Shown piece after piece: positions 7,761 through 16,462 of a stretch of DNA of 42,148 nt. Both the position numbers and the translations under genes were made by a program. Origin of the DNA: a virus (Duplodnaviria; Caudoviricetes); IMG/VR virus record IMGVR_UViG_3300032302_000165, positions 1-42,148 of that record. The stretch is one strand, 5' to 3'. The notes beneath the pieces are model-generated. The model was not told where the DNA came from and did no database searches. It saw only the letters and a program-made list of their open reading frames with translations. The first letter of the stretch is position 1; the number at the start of each line of letters is the position of its first letter.

Positions 7761-8782
7761 CCACTACCGCACCACCCCCTGAAGCCGAGGCCTTGGCCAC
7801 GGCGCCCAAGGCCATCGTCATCAGCCAGTTTGATGTGCTGCTGGGCGACATCAAGGAGGCCACTGCGGCAGCCGTTGATGTCACGTTCGACTACAACACC
7901 AAGGAGGGCAACAAGGCCGCCCGCAGTTACATCTTTGCGATCCGCAAGCTGAAGGCCCGGATCGAATCAGCACGCACCGACGCCAAGGCCTATGCCCTGG
8001 CCTATGGCCGCAAGGTCGATAGCCAGGCCGCAGAGCTCAAGGATCAGGTGGATGCGCTGATCAAGCCGCACCAGGATGCGATCGATGCCATCACCAAGGC
8101 CGAGGCCGATCGGGTGGCCAGGCACCGCGAGGTGATTGGCGTTATCCAGAACGCTGCCCGGATCCCGTTTGGGGCTGGCTCTGAGGCGATTGCCACCACC
8201 TTGAGGGACGCCAAGGCCGCCGACATCGACGGGCTGGAAGAGTTCAAGGAGGAGGCTGCCGCCGCCCTGCTGGAAACGATCCGCACCCTTGAAGCCGCGC
8301 ACACCAAAGCCCTGGCCGACGAGGCCGCCGCTGCCGAGCTGGCCCAGCTGCGCGAGCAGCAGCGGATCCAGCAGGAGAAGGACGCCGAGGACGCACGTAT
8401 CAAGGCACAGCAGGAAGCCATCGCCGAAGCGGCTCGCAAGGCGCAGGAGGAGGCCAATGCTGCCGCGCTGCTGGCGATCCAGGAGGCCGAGCAGAAAGCG
8501 GCTGAAGCCGAGGCCAGGGCCGAGGCAGCCGAGGCCGATGCTGCGGCCCAGCTGGCGGCTGCAAAGTTGGCTCAACAGGCTGCAGCGGCGGCTGAAAAGG
8601 CGGCTCAACCAGCTTTTGTGCCGGGTCGCCTTGAACATCTTCCCATCGTGAGCAATCTCAGGGCTCGTTTGTTGTCGAATCTGCTAGTTGCAATGGAAGA
8701 GAAGAGCCGATTCCAGGTCGCTGAAGGCCTGGTGGACGGCACCCTGCACCCGGCCATCACGATCGACTGGAGCAAGGTCTGA
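7757..8782 (+). CDS. Ala/Glu-rich coiled-coil protein (DUF1351-like)
   Basis: FDYNTKEGNKAARS..RKLKARIESARTDAK..GRKVDSQA..LIKPHQ pattern typical of temperate-phage recombination-region proteins. Confidence 0.6.
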   Translation: MTTTAPPPEAEALATAPKAIVISQFDVLLGDIKEATAAAVDVTFDYNTKEGNKAARSYIFAIRKLKARIESARTDAKAYALAYGRKVDSQAAELKDQVDALIKPHQDAIDAITKAEADRVARHREVIGVIQNAARIPFGAGSEAIATTLRDAKAADIDGLEEFKEEAAAALLETIRTLEAAHTKALADEAAAAELAQLREQQRIQQEKDAEDARIKAQQEAIAEAARKAQEEANAAALLAIQEAEQKAAEAEARAEAAEADAAAQLAAAKLAQQAAAAAEKAAQPAFVPGRLEHLPIVSNLRARLLSNLLVAMEEKSRFQVAEGLVDGTLHPAITIDWSKV

Positions 8783-9390
8783 TGAACTGCCCCTACTGCG
8801 GCAACCCTCGCAATCGGGTGCTCGAAACCCGCAATTTCCAGGGGGAGAACGCCATCCGCCGCCGCCATGCCTGCCGGGGGTGCGGCGAACCGTTCACCAC
8901 CATCCAGCGGATCGAGGCTTATCACTCTGGCGGCTGGCAGCCGGTGCCCTTGGCCGCCGTGCCCAATCCGAAGCCGGCCCTGCCAGCACCGGCCGCACCC
9001 CGAAGGCGGGCTGCCAGCCCCGCCCCGGATCGGTTGCATCCGATCGCTGGTGACGAGCCCTGGCTGGAGAGGTTGAACCTGCCTCCAGAGCTGATGACTG
9101 ACCTGCTCAAGTGGTGGAATGAAAGCCGCTGGGGCAAGCACCGCCTCGCGGCCACTTGGACTCAGGCTGCCTTCACCCTGTCCGCCAATCGGGTTGGCAT
9201 CCTGTGCCAACAGGGCATGCACTGGAACGCCCGCGCCCTGGTGGATGCCGGGATCGAGCACGGGTGGCAGGCCCTGAAGCCTGAATACCTGCGCGGCACC
9301 GTCACAGCAAGCCCGCCGGCCGCCGCCCCCGCGGGCGATCCAGCCGCCGCGGCAATCCGGCACATGCTGGAGAGGACTGATGCTGCTTGA
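8782..9390 (+). CDS. NrdR-like zinc ribbon fused to a putative replication-initiator C-terminal domain
   Basis: MNCPYCG..RVLETR..AIRRRHACRGCGEPFTTIQRIE matches the NrdR N-terminus; no ATP-cone. C-terminal ALVDAGIEHGWQAL resembles phage replisome-organizer tails. Confidence 0.6.
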   Translation: MNCPYCGNPRNRVLETRNFQGENAIRRRHACRGCGEPFTTIQRIEAYHSGGWQPVPLAAVPNPKPALPAPAAPRRRAASPAPDRLHPIAGDEPWLERLNLPPELMTDLLKWWNESRWGKHRLAATWTQAAFTLSANRVGILCQQGMHWNARALVDAGIEHGWQALKPEYLRGTVTASPPAAAPAGDPAAAAIRHMLERTDAA

Positions 9391-9919
9391 CCCGGAAGCC
9401 TTTACCCGTGGCTGCCGCATGATCGAGCGGCACATCAGGACCAGGGCAGATGCAGCTTGGAGCACCGAGGATTTCAAACTGAAGTTTGTGTCATTCAGCT
9501 CCGACTTCCCGGAGGTCAGCACACCCCAGTTTCTCTGGGCCTGCGAGCGCTGGATCCAGGGGGCCACCGGTGAGTTCCTTCGCTTCCCGACGTGGCGACA
9601 GCTGATGGTCCCGCTCTATCGGTGCCAATCGGGGGCGCCGAATCGAGCATGGGGATTCAAGGAGGACCTGCCTCGATCGCTCCAGCCAACGCGCCAGCAG
9701 CTGGCCATGCTGCCGTCGGGCTTGGCCTCGGCTCCGCCGGATGGTGCCGAGAACCCGGCCGCCTACCGCTTGGTGTCAGCCGGCGGTGATGGACAGCGCT
9801 TGCTGCCGGCGGTCGCCTCGGATTCCCCGGGCCTCACACGTGAGGAGTGGGCCGAGTACCTGCGGGAGCGAGATCGACTGAAAGAACAGCAGCGGCAGGA
9901 CCATGCCTCTGCTGTCTAA
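9380..9919 (+). CDS. Putative helicase loader/inhibitor (SPP1 G39P or lambda P analogue)
   Basis: FLWACERWIQ..FLRFPTWRQL resembles the G39P-like F.PT..l motif; directly follows the initiator candidate. Confidence 0.45.
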   Translation: MLLDPEAFTRGCRMIERHIRTRADAAWSTEDFKLKFVSFSSDFPEVSTPQFLWACERWIQGATGEFLRFPTWRQLMVPLYRCQSGAPNRAWGFKEDLPRSLQPTRQQLAMLPSGLASAPPDGAENPAAYRLVSAGGDGQRLLPAVASDSPGLTREEWAEYLRERDRLKEQQRQDHASAV

Positions 9920-10124
9920 GGACAGGATTCAGAAAATCCTGCACCGTGGCCTGATGGCGGGCCTCTGGTCGGTCGAACAGTTCAACCACGACCTACCGGC
10001 GCACGCCGAGTTCACGCTGCCCACCTGGGATTTTCTGGACGCCCATCCACGCTTCGCCGATATGTTCTTTCGCGACCTGGAGGCATACCGGAACCGCCAC
10101 AACAACGACACCCCCATCTTCTGA
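9903..10124 (+). CDS. Hypothetical protein
   Basis: 73-aa ORF coupled to neighbours. Confidence 0.6.
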   Translation: MPLLSKDRIQKILHRGLMAGLWSVEQFNHDLPAHAEFTLPTWDFLDAHPRFADMFFRDLEAYRNRHNNDTPIF

Positions 10125-10408
10125 TGCCTGATACCTACACAATCCTGGATGAAAAGATCGGCACGGGCCGCATCCTCGTGACTGCCCGCCCTGGGCTTGG
10201 TCCCTGCAGGGGGCAGTGGCTTGTGACGTTTGAGCGTCACAACAGCAAGCGGAAGTTTCTGGACCAGTGCGCCGCCTGGCTTCCGTGTGGCGAATGGGAT
10301 GGATCGCGCTGGCTGCCGTTCCGCTCCCAATTCGTCCCGCCCGACGCGCTGCAGCGGGTTCAGGACTGGCTGCGGGTTCGCCCGGTGCCGGCGGAGGTGG
10401 TGTCGTGA
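10124..10408 (+). CDS. Hypothetical protein
   Basis: 94-aa ORF with TGATG and GTGA overlaps. Confidence 0.6.
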   Translation: MPDTYTILDEKIGTGRILVTARPGLGPCRGQWLVTFERHNSKRKFLDQCAAWLPCGEWDGSRWLPFRSQFVPPDALQRVQDWLRVRPVPAEVVS

Positions 10409-11163
10409 CCGATCAACCCAGGGCCCTGGTGGATGCGGAGCTCTACCTTCGCCGCTGCACCGCCGCAGCTGAATACGAGATCGAGTGGGCGCCAGATGAC
10501 TGGACCTACGTGTGCCGCCACGGCCAGGCCAAGGCCAGTTTCCAGGACTTCCTTGCGTCCATCCGCGACGCGCTGCCCGACCACCAGCTGCACCTATGCC
10601 TCGGCACTGCCGCCAGCTTCCGCTACTCCGTGTTCTCCCCCTACAAGGCGAACCGAAAGGCCAGCCGCAAACCGGCCGGCTACAACCAGCTGATCCAATG
10701 GGTGGTCGCAGCCGGGGAGGTGCGGGGCTGGAACATCGCCATGCTGGCCGAGGTCGAGGCCGACGACGTGATGGGGATCCTTTGCCGCCCTGGTGATGTG
10801 ATCGTCTCAGAGGACAAGGACATGCTGGGGATCCCTGGCCTGCACCTTCGAGGCACGGAATTCGTGGAGGTTTCTCAGCGCGAGGCTGACATCAATGTGT
10901 TCTCGCAGGCGCTGATCGGCGACACCACGGACAACTACCCCGGCTGCCCTGGCATCGGCAAGGTGAAAGCCGAGGGCATCCTGGCCGGACAGCCCGATGC
11001 TGCAGCGATGTGGGCGGCCGTGTTGAAGGCCTTCGAGAAGGCCGGCCTCACCCGCCGGGACGCCATCACCCAGGTGCGGCTGGCCCGCATTTTGCGTGCT
11101 GGCGAATATGACGTGGATCGAGAACTGCCGATCCTGTGGAACCCACCTGACGACACGCCGTAG
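10405..11163 (+). CDS. T7 gp6-like 5'-3' exonuclease
   Basis: ALVDAE, FR..YKANRK, EADDVMGI, SEDKDM, GDTTDNYPGCPGIG, QVRLARILR; GTG start with GGAGG SD. Confidence 0.93.
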   Translation: MTDQPRALVDAELYLRRCTAAAEYEIEWAPDDWTYVCRHGQAKASFQDFLASIRDALPDHQLHLCLGTAASFRYSVFSPYKANRKASRKPAGYNQLIQWVVAAGEVRGWNIAMLAEVEADDVMGILCRPGDVIVSEDKDMLGIPGLHLRGTEFVEVSQREADINVFSQALIGDTTDNYPGCPGIGKVKAEGILAGQPDAAAMWAAVLKAFEKAGLTRRDAITQVRLARILRAGEYDVDRELPILWNPPDDTP

Positions 11164-11176
11164 CATGGGCCAAACT

Positions 11177-11190
11177 CTGCAGCCCTGTAA
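11177..11190. promoter_or_regulatory. Palindromic site at the start of the structural operon
   Basis: CTGCA-GCCC-TGTAA overlapping ATG 11190; TAGCAT at 11161. Confidence 0.6.
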
Positions 11191-11399
11191 TGCCGAAGCC
11201 CGTCAACGCGGAGGAGCTGGTCGAAAAGCTCGAATCACTTTGGCCTGACATTGCCCCGCATCCCCAAGCCACAGATAGGGAAATCCAGCAGCAGATCGGC
11301 TCCGTTCAGGTGGTTCGCTATCTGCGGACCGAGCTGCTGACCAATGATGCAGAGGACCCCACGGTCTACCCGCCCTCGTTTGATACCGGGAGGGGCTGA
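11190..11399 (+). CDS. Small conserved-type podovirus protein (gp6.5 position)
   Basis: LVEKLESLWPD..IQQQIGSVQVVRYLR pattern; synteny. Confidence 0.65.
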   Translation: MPKPVNAEELVEKLESLWPDIAPHPQATDREIQQQIGSVQVVRYLRTELLTNDAEDPTVYPPSFDTGRG

Positions 11400-11402
11400 T
11401 CA

Positions 11403-11810
11403 ATGTGCGCGGGCGGAGGGGGTGCGGCGACTATCTACAAACCCGACACAACGGCCTATGACGCAATGGCCAATCAACAGCTGGCCTTGATGCAGCAGGT
11501 GCAGAACACTGACGTGCTGACCAAGCAAAGCCAGCTGGATGCGTTGTTACGCGACAAAACCGGGCTGCAAGCCCAGGAGCAGGCAATCGCCACGGCCCGC
11601 GCCAACAACACCACGGCCCAGGCGGTCCGGCTGGCTGCATTGATTGGCCCGCCGCCTCCTGAAAAGTCCGCGTCGGCCCCGGTGATTGGCTCCGACCGCG
11701 CCGGCGAAAAGCGGCCAACTGGTAAGCAGGACTTACGAATTGATCGGGCAGCCGCGACGACTGCCGCCGGCCCTGGCGCCGGACTCAACATCATCACGGG
11801 GAGCTATTGA
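11403..11810 (+). CDS. Small virion/tail assembly protein (gp6.7/gp7.3-like), paralog 1
   Basis: MC-Gly start, GKQDLRI, GAGLNI near the C-terminus; upstream of portal. Confidence 0.65.
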   Translation: MCAGGGGAATIYKPDTTAYDAMANQQLALMQQVQNTDVLTKQSQLDALLRDKTGLQAQEQAIATARANNTTAQAVRLAALIGPPPPEKSASAPVIGSDRAGEKRPTGKQDLRIDRAAATTAAGPGAGLNIITGSY

Positions 11811-11812
11811 CC

Positions 11813-12211
11813 ATGTGTTCAGGAGGACCGCGAGCGCCAAAGCAGGTCAAGAGCGGACCCAGCCAGGCGCAGATCGACGCGCAAAACCAGCAGTTGGAGC
11901 TGGCGCGACAGCAGATCCTGGACGCCAGCCAGCGGATGCAGAGCCAGTTGGACCAGCAGATTGCGGCTGCCAATGCCGAGAGAGAGACCGCTAACGCATC
12001 ACTGGCAGCACAAGCAGCCGCCATGGCCGCCGAGGCCGCATCGGCGCAGTCCGGGCCATATGCCACCGCCACCACCCAGGCGGACCCGGCCGCTGGCATG
12101 GCCCTGGTCACCGAGCCGATCAAGCCGAAGGTGAAAAAGCCGGCTGGCCTGACGATCGCGCCAGGAGGCACTGCAGCGGCAGCCGGCGCTGGACTCAACA
12201 TCGGAACCTGA
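11813..12211 (+). CDS. Small virion/tail assembly protein (gp6.7/gp7.3-like), paralog 2
   Basis: MCSGGP start, GAGLNI near the C-terminus. Confidence 0.65.
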   Translation: MCSGGPRAPKQVKSGPSQAQIDAQNQQLELARQQILDASQRMQSQLDQQIAAANAERETANASLAAQAAAMAAEAASAQSGPYATATTQADPAAGMALVTEPIKPKVKKPAGLTIAPGGTAAAAGAGLNIGT

Positions 12212-12212
12212 A

Positions 12213-13907
12213 ATGGACAGCACGCAAGGGCCCGCCGAACAGCGCTACGAGAAGCTGCGATCTGATCGTGACCGCTGGCTGGCCCGCGCCCGGCGGTCGT
12301 GCAGGCTGACGCTGCCCTGGCTGGTGCCGGCCGCCAACGACCCCGACCAGGGGCAGCCGGAGACGTATCCCCTCCCGTGGAATGACATCGGCGCCGAGGG
12401 CCATCAGCACCTGGCCAGCCGCTGGCTACTGGCGGTCATGCCGGCGTCCGAGAGCTTCTTCAAGTACACGATCGACGAGAAGCAGCGGGCCACCCTGATC
12501 TCCGATGCCCGCCAAGCCGGGACGGCAGAGGATGACATCGCCAAATCTCTGGTGGAGTTCGACCGCAGCCTGCTGGCGCTGGAACAATCGGTGCTGCGCG
12601 AGATCAACTCCACCCACGATCGTGCGGTGGTGCTGGAGGCGATGGTCCACCTGGTGGGTCCCGGCAACATCTTGCTTCACGACGATGAGGAAGACGGGCT
12701 CAGTTGTTTCCACCTGAACCGCTACGTGTTGAAGCGGGACCCAATGGGTCGGCCGCTGGAGGCGGTGATCTGCGAAAGCTTCGCTGAAGACAGCCTGCCA
12801 AAAGTTGTGGCCGAGCACCTGGGCTTGCTCGATGACGAGGAGGAAGAGGACAACAGCCCCGACCCGGTGGCCACCGCCAAAATAATGAACGAGGAGGAAG
12901 TGATTAAGGTCTATACCCATGTGGAGTGGGACTACAGCAAAGGCAAGGTCCACTGGTGCCAGGAATGCAAGGGGGAAGAAATCGACGGGCAGGAGAAGGA
13001 AGTCGATATTGAAATCTCGCCATGGATGCCACTACGGGCAACCCGTGTAGACAGCTGTGATTACGGGCCTGGCTACATCGAGTCTCGCTGTTTGGCGGCA
13101 CTTCAAACTGCGGAATCCCTCAGCCAGGCCGTGACCGAAGGGGCAATGATTGCCGCCGAAAGCAAGAACCTTGTCCGGCCCGGCGGCAGCACTTCGATCA
13201 AGGACCTGGTGGCATGCCGCAACGGCGGCTATGTGATCGGTCACCCAGACGACGTGAAAGAGCTGGGCTCCGATGGCCGCAAGGGGCAGGGTCTTGTGGT
13301 GGCAGAAGCCCGCCTGGCCCGGGTGGAGGCATCGCTGAAGCGTGCCTTCATGATGAGCAATGTCCGCGATTCAGAGCGGACCACCGCTGAGGAGATTCGG
13401 ATGGTGGCGTTGCAAATGGATGAGGGGCAGGTCGGCATCTACAGCATCCTCACGACCGAATTCCAGAATCCGTACATCAGCCGCAAGCTTCACGTCCTGA
13501 CCCGCCAGGGAAAGATCCAGCTGCCCAAGGATCTGGTCAAGCCGGTGGTGAGTGTTGGCCTGGCAGCCGTTGGCCGGGGCAACGATCTGGAGAAGATGCT
13601 GCGGTTCCTCCAAGGCCTTGATGCGCTGGCCAAGATCGTTGGCCCCCAGGAGATCGCGGCTCGTGTCGATGTGAGCGATGCCATCACCAGGCTTAGCAAC
13701 GGGCTGGGCCTGGAATCGATCGACCTCGTGCTGTCAGAGCAAAAGGTCAATGAGATCAAGGCCCAGCAACAGCAGGCAGCGCAGCAGCAGCAGCTGATGC
13801 AAAGCCCCATGGCGGACCCAGCGAAGTTGGCGACCGCTGCGGCCACGGCCCAGCAGATGCAACAAGACCCGATGCAGGGCGAATCCCCGCCCCCCAATAA
13901 CTACTGA
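12213..13907 (+). CDS. Head-to-tail connector (portal, T7 gp8-like)
   Basis: RYEKLRSDR..LTLP, YVLKRDPMGR, YGPGY, RDSERTTAEEIR, VGLAAVGRGNDL; Gln-rich tail. Confidence 0.95.
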   Translation: MDSTQGPAEQRYEKLRSDRDRWLARARRSCRLTLPWLVPAANDPDQGQPETYPLPWNDIGAEGHQHLASRWLLAVMPASESFFKYTIDEKQRATLISDARQAGTAEDDIAKSLVEFDRSLLALEQSVLREINSTHDRAVVLEAMVHLVGPGNILLHDDEEDGLSCFHLNRYVLKRDPMGRPLEAVICESFAEDSLPKVVAEHLGLLDDEEEEDNSPDPVATAKIMNEEEVIKVYTHVEWDYSKGKVHWCQECKGEEIDGQEKEVDIEISPWMPLRATRVDSCDYGPGYIESRCLAALQTAESLSQAVTEGAMIAAESKNLVRPGGSTSIKDLVACRNGGYVIGHPDDVKELGSDGRKGQGLVVAEARLARVEASLKRAFMMSNVRDSERTTAEEIRMVALQMDEGQVGIYSILTTEFQNPYISRKLHVLTRQGKIQLPKDLVKPVVSVGLAAVGRGNDLEKMLRFLQGLDALAKIVGPQEIAARVDVSDAITRLSNGLGLESIDLVLSEQKVNEIKAQQQQAAQQQQLMQSPMADPAKLATAAATAQQMQQDPMQGESPPPNNY

Positions 13908-13911
13908 ACCC

Positions 13912-14127
13912 ATGAGGTTATTCATTGAGATCAACGACAGGCACGCCAGGATCAGCTGCAGATGGGGCCACTTGTTCTCCATTAACAGTTCTCCTAGCCC
14001 CAGTTTCCATGTCCTATATGGCACGGTGATTCGCTGGTGGGGTGGGTGGGGATTTATGCCCTTCTCCCCTGAGCCTGGCATCGACTACTCCATTGTCCGC
14101 CCTGAAGTTATTACTGAACCGCAATGA
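13912..14127 (+). CDS. Small lower-GC inserted ORF
   Basis: Fills the gap between portal and scaffold; ATGA overlap with scaffold. Confidence 0.45.
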   Translation: MRLFIEINDRHARISCRWGHLFSINSSPSPSFHVLYGTVIRWWGGWGFMPFSPEPGIDYSIVRPEVITEPQ

Positions 14128-15149
14128 GCACCACCCCAGAACAGCTCCTCAACCTGGTGCGCCCGGGCGAGGAGGACCGCCTAACAGCCGTGTTGGATGA
14201 GATCGAGGCGGAGGGCAGCCAGCCGACCAGCGAGGCATGGGATATGTCTCACCCCCTCGATCGGATGCTGGCGGCCGAGGAGCGGGCCGAGCAGAAGCAG
14301 GCCACCCCTCCCCGGCGGCCGGGCACCCCCGCGCCGGCCGAGGGCGAGGACGCCGACGACCCGCTGGCCGATCTGCTCAGCCCGGCCGAGGACAACACCA
14401 CCACCACCGATGGCGACCAGGCCGCCGATGACGAGATCCCGGCCGAGTACCGGGGCAAGTCGCTGAAGGAGGTGATCGCCCTGGCGGAGGCCAAGGCCAA
14501 GACACCGATCACCGGCAACGCCATCCCCCCGGAGTCCTACACCCCCGAGCTGGGCAAGGCCCTCTATGGCGATGCGTTGACCGGCCTGTTCACTGCTGCG
14601 GAGGTGAACCCCCTGCAGCTCGATGCAACCCTGCGGGCGGGGGGCGACGTGAGCGAGGCGGTGGAGGCACTGGCTACCAAAGCAGGCCTGCCCAAGGCCG
14701 TGGTGCAGACCTACCTCGATGGGGTCAAGGCCGCCACGCCAGCCGCTGCACCGCAACTGAGCGCAGAGGACGGTGCGGCGATTCGGCAATCGGTCGGCGG
14801 CGACGAGAAGTTTCGAGCGCTGAGCGGGTGGGCCATTGCCAACCTGAGCGAGGGGGAGCTTGCCGGATACAACGCGGCGATCGACTCCGGCAACAAAGAG
14901 CTGGCCGCTTTTGCGGTGAAGGCCATCCAGGCGCGGGCCGCCGCCGCTGGCGGGAACCCACGGCAGCGCAGCGAGCCGCAACTGGCCAGGGGCGGACGAG
15001 GCCAAGCCCCGATGCGCTTTGCTTCGCTGGAGCAGCAGAACGCGGCCGTCGATCGGCGCAACGCCGCCGGGGAGCGGCTGATGCACGTCGATCCCGTCTA
15101 CGCCAAGCGGGTAAAGGCAGCGATTGCCAACTCGCCAAATTGGGCCTGA
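14124..15149 (+). CDS. Capsid scaffolding protein (T7 gp9-like)
   Basis: Acidic; VGGDEKFRALSGWAIANLS..YNAAIDSG and DPVYAKRV motifs; synteny. Confidence 0.9.
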   Translation: MSTTPEQLLNLVRPGEEDRLTAVLDEIEAEGSQPTSEAWDMSHPLDRMLAAEERAEQKQATPPRRPGTPAPAEGEDADDPLADLLSPAEDNTTTTDGDQAADDEIPAEYRGKSLKEVIALAEAKAKTPITGNAIPPESYTPELGKALYGDALTGLFTAAEVNPLQLDATLRAGGDVSEAVEALATKAGLPKAVVQTYLDGVKAATPAAAPQLSAEDGAAIRQSVGGDEKFRALSGWAIANLSEGELAGYNAAIDSGNKELAAFAVKAIQARAAAAGGNPRQRSEPQLARGGRGQAPMRFASLEQQNAAVDRRNAAGERLMHVDPVYAKRVKAAIANSPNWA

Positions 15150-15174
15150 AGTTGTAACATCGGCGCGACGACTG

Positions 15175-15188
15175 CTGCACCTGTGTAG
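15175..15188. promoter_or_regulatory. Palindromic site upstream of major capsid gene
   Basis: CTGCA-CCTG-TGTAG; TAACAT at 15155. Confidence 0.6.
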
Positions 15189-15345
15189 TGCTGGCCTTCC
15201 TGCGGGAGAGGTCCGCACACCATTCACCGGTCAAGTCAGCCGTTACAGCTACAGCGTCTCTGCATCGTTTGGCCCTCCAAGGGGGAACCGCTGAACACAG
15301 GTTGCAAGAAGCCACGGGCAAACAACCCAACAGCTTTTTGCAACC

Positions 15346-16371
15346 ATGGCGGTTAATGATGCCTTGCTGGCCAGGCTTGGCCAGATCCAGGGGACGGGCG
15401 CGGTCGATACCGTGTTCCAGAAGCTGGGGCAATCCGAGATCCTGAATGCGCTGAAGCGCAACACGGTTTTCAAGAACCTGGTGAAGACCAGGAACATCAA
15501 GGGCGGGAAGAGCTTTGACTTCCAGGTGACCGGCCGCGCTGCCGCGTCCTACGTGACTCCCGGCGTGCCGTTGCTGGGGGGCCTGGCCAGCAACTCCCCC
15601 AGTGACATCAACGTCAAGAACATTGCCGTCGATGGCCTCATGGCCGCCGATCAGGCAATCTTTGACCTTGACCAACTGATGAATTATGCGGATGTTGCAT
15701 CCGAGTTCTTCGAGCAGCTGGGCATTGCCCTGGCCTGGGAGACCGACAAACGCATCGCCCGCATCATCTACGCCGGTGCCAGCAACAGCACTGAACCCCT
15801 CACCCGCTCGATCAACACTGGCCGAATCGGTTACAAAAAGACGCTCACGGCTGGCTATGCAGCTGCCTCGAAGACCAGCAAGGGGGACGAATTGGTGAGC
15901 GCACTGGGTGACATCGTGACCCAGTTCAGGAAGAAGGACGTGGATCCCTCCACCCTGGTTTGCGTCCTTCCGCCGGAGGAGTACGACTATCTGACGGAAG
16001 GTACTCGTGTAATCAACCAGGACTACAACAACGGATCAAGCGGCCCGAGCAACGGCACTGTTGCCAACGGCGCGGTCAACCGGGTCAAGGGGGTGCCCAT
16101 CATGTGGTCCAACCACTTGGTGCAGCCCGCCTATACGCTCAACACCTACGACAAGAACAGCGACTACGCCCAGGACTTGTCGAAGTGCAAGGGCCTTGTT
16201 TTCAGCAAGGAAGCCGTGGGCATGCTCACCCTGCGGGCCCCCAAACTCCAGATGACCAACCCCGACGGCGACTTCAACATCCAGTACCAAGCCACCCTGG
16301 CTGTGGCCACGCAGTCGATTGGCATCGGCCGGCTGCGGGATGAATGCGCTGCTGCGATAGTGATCCCCTAA
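15346..16371 (+). CDS. Major capsid protein (T7 gp10-like)
   Basis: RNIKGGKSFDFQVTGR, IAVDGL..IFDLD, GIALAWETDK, GIGRLRDECA. Confidence 0.95.
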   Translation: MAVNDALLARLGQIQGTGAVDTVFQKLGQSEILNALKRNTVFKNLVKTRNIKGGKSFDFQVTGRAAASYVTPGVPLLGGLASNSPSDINVKNIAVDGLMAADQAIFDLDQLMNYADVASEFFEQLGIALAWETDKRIARIIYAGASNSTEPLTRSINTGRIGYKKTLTAGYAAASKTSKGDELVSALGDIVTQFRKKDVDPSTLVCVLPPEEYDYLTEGTRVINQDYNNGSSGPSNGTVANGAVNRVKGVPIMWSNHLVQPAYTLNTYDKNSDYAQDLSKCKGLVFSKEAVGMLTLRAPKLQMTNPDGDFNIQYQATLAVATQSIGIGRLRDECAAAIVIP

Positions 16372-16395
16372 GTTCTGATCGGTAGGAGCACCAAG

Positions 16396-16421
16396 GCCCT
16401 CGGCTCGCCGGGGGCTTTTTT
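16396..16421 (+). terminator. Rho-independent terminator after capsid gene (T-phi position)
   Basis: GCCCTCGG-ctcg-CCGGGGGC followed by T6. Confidence 0.85.
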
Positions 16422-16462
16422 GCGGCAACCGATAGCATGTGCTCTGCACTGCTGGATCGCTC

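Noticed and set aside
16340-16421. T7 10A/10B-type capsid frameshift extension
   Set aside because: No slippery run or long alternative frame; a terminator follows the stop directly.
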